A stretch of 64,000 nt of DNA from an uncultured Lachnospiraceae bacterium. GTDB lineage: Bacteria > Bacillota > Clostridia > Oscillospirales > CAG-272. Position 1 is the stretch's first letter, and each line of letters opens with the position of its first letter. Made by a program: the position numbers and the translations under genes. This document shows, in pieces, positions 63,519 to 64,000 of this stretch. The DNA lies in the NCBI GenBank assembly GCA_964534905.1, contig CAZHPZ010000002.1:3745-67744 (forward strand). Reading direction: 5' to 3'. The notes under the pieces were generated by a model that did not search any database, had not been told where the DNA came from, and saw only the letters and a list, made by a program, of their open reading frames with translations.

Positions 63519-64000
63519 ACGATGATATAAGAAAAGGGGTCGCTGCTCTGCTCGAAAATGATATTTCGGGTCACGGAACGGATCACATAGACAGGGTAGT
63601 TCGCCTGTCACTGAGTTTTGCCGAAGCCGAGGGGGCGAACGCCGAAATTACAGAGCTTATCGCTCTTCTTCACGATGTAGATGACTATAAGCTGTTCGGC
63701 ACGGCAGGTGCAGTCGATCTTCCGAATGCACGCCGTATTATGGAAAATGTCGGGATAGACGCAAGTATTCAAAAAAATGTTTTGTCGGAAATAAGACGCA
63801 TAGGATTTAACAAGGCGCTTAACGGAATCCGTCCCGAATCCATTGAGGGAAAAATAGTATCCGACGCCGATATGTGCGACGCGCTCGGAGTAAACGGTGT
63901 CTTAAGAGCATACCGTTACAGCATAAAAGACGGCAAACCATTTTTCGACAGAAAATCATTTCCGATTGAAAATATGACTTCGGAAATATATAAAACTCAT
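63515..64000 (+). CDS. HD-domain phosphohydrolase, 5' part, continuing beyond the window
   Basis: My own translation is MNDDIRKGVAALLENDISGHGTDHIDRVVRLSLSFAEAEGANAEITELIALLHDVDDYK, showing the H...HD motif. Its ATG overlaps the nrdG stop (ATGA). It is absent from the ORF track because it has no stop inside the window. Confidence 0.7.
   Translation, partial: MNDDIRKGVAALLENDISGHGTDHIDRVVRLSLSFAEAEGANAEITELIALLHDVDDYKLFGTAGAVDLPNARRIMENVGIDASIQKNVLSEIRRIGFNKALNGIRPESIEGKIVSDADMCDALGVNGVLRAYRYSIKDGKPFFDRKSFPIENMTSEIYKTH

Overview
The window is about 42% GC and looks like chromosome from a spore-forming Clostridia organism. The taxon is my inference, from spoVT, sigG, an SLH-domain wall protein and Thr-rich lipoprotein linkers, and it resembles Oscillospiraceae/Ruminococcaceae. 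The DNA is densely coding on both strands and mostly housekeeping: prfB, tmcAL, ackA, rqcH, murA, ligA, rsmI, asd, ddl, xth, tdk, pepT and nrdDG. I recognised no rRNA, tRNA, CRISPR array, transposase or integrase. The least ordinary content is as follows. (1) 51.1-57.3 kb holds a compact seven-gene type IV filament operon with a perfect sigma-A promoter. It has two pseudopilins, a PilM-like protein with an unrecognised C-terminal module, PilD, PilC and PilB, but no PilN, PilO or PilT. (2) 840-2135 encodes a 431-aa modular pilin about 50 kb away. Its 612-bp upstream region holds divergent promoters, each followed by the same palindrome, plus a possible ncRNA. (3) An ArsR-AraC fusion regulator with tandem 17-bp repeats lies divergent from a Zn/Cd-type P-type ATPase operon. 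(4) An XRE-HTH domain is fused to L-serine dehydratase. (5) A barnase-like RNase lipoprotein has no visible barstar. (6) An HxxxD acyltransferase is paired with a zinc-ribbon membrane protein. (7) A catalytically degenerate FolC-like gene is broken by a 1-nt frameshift in a poly-A run. All functional calls come from motif recognition by eye, and no database search was run.
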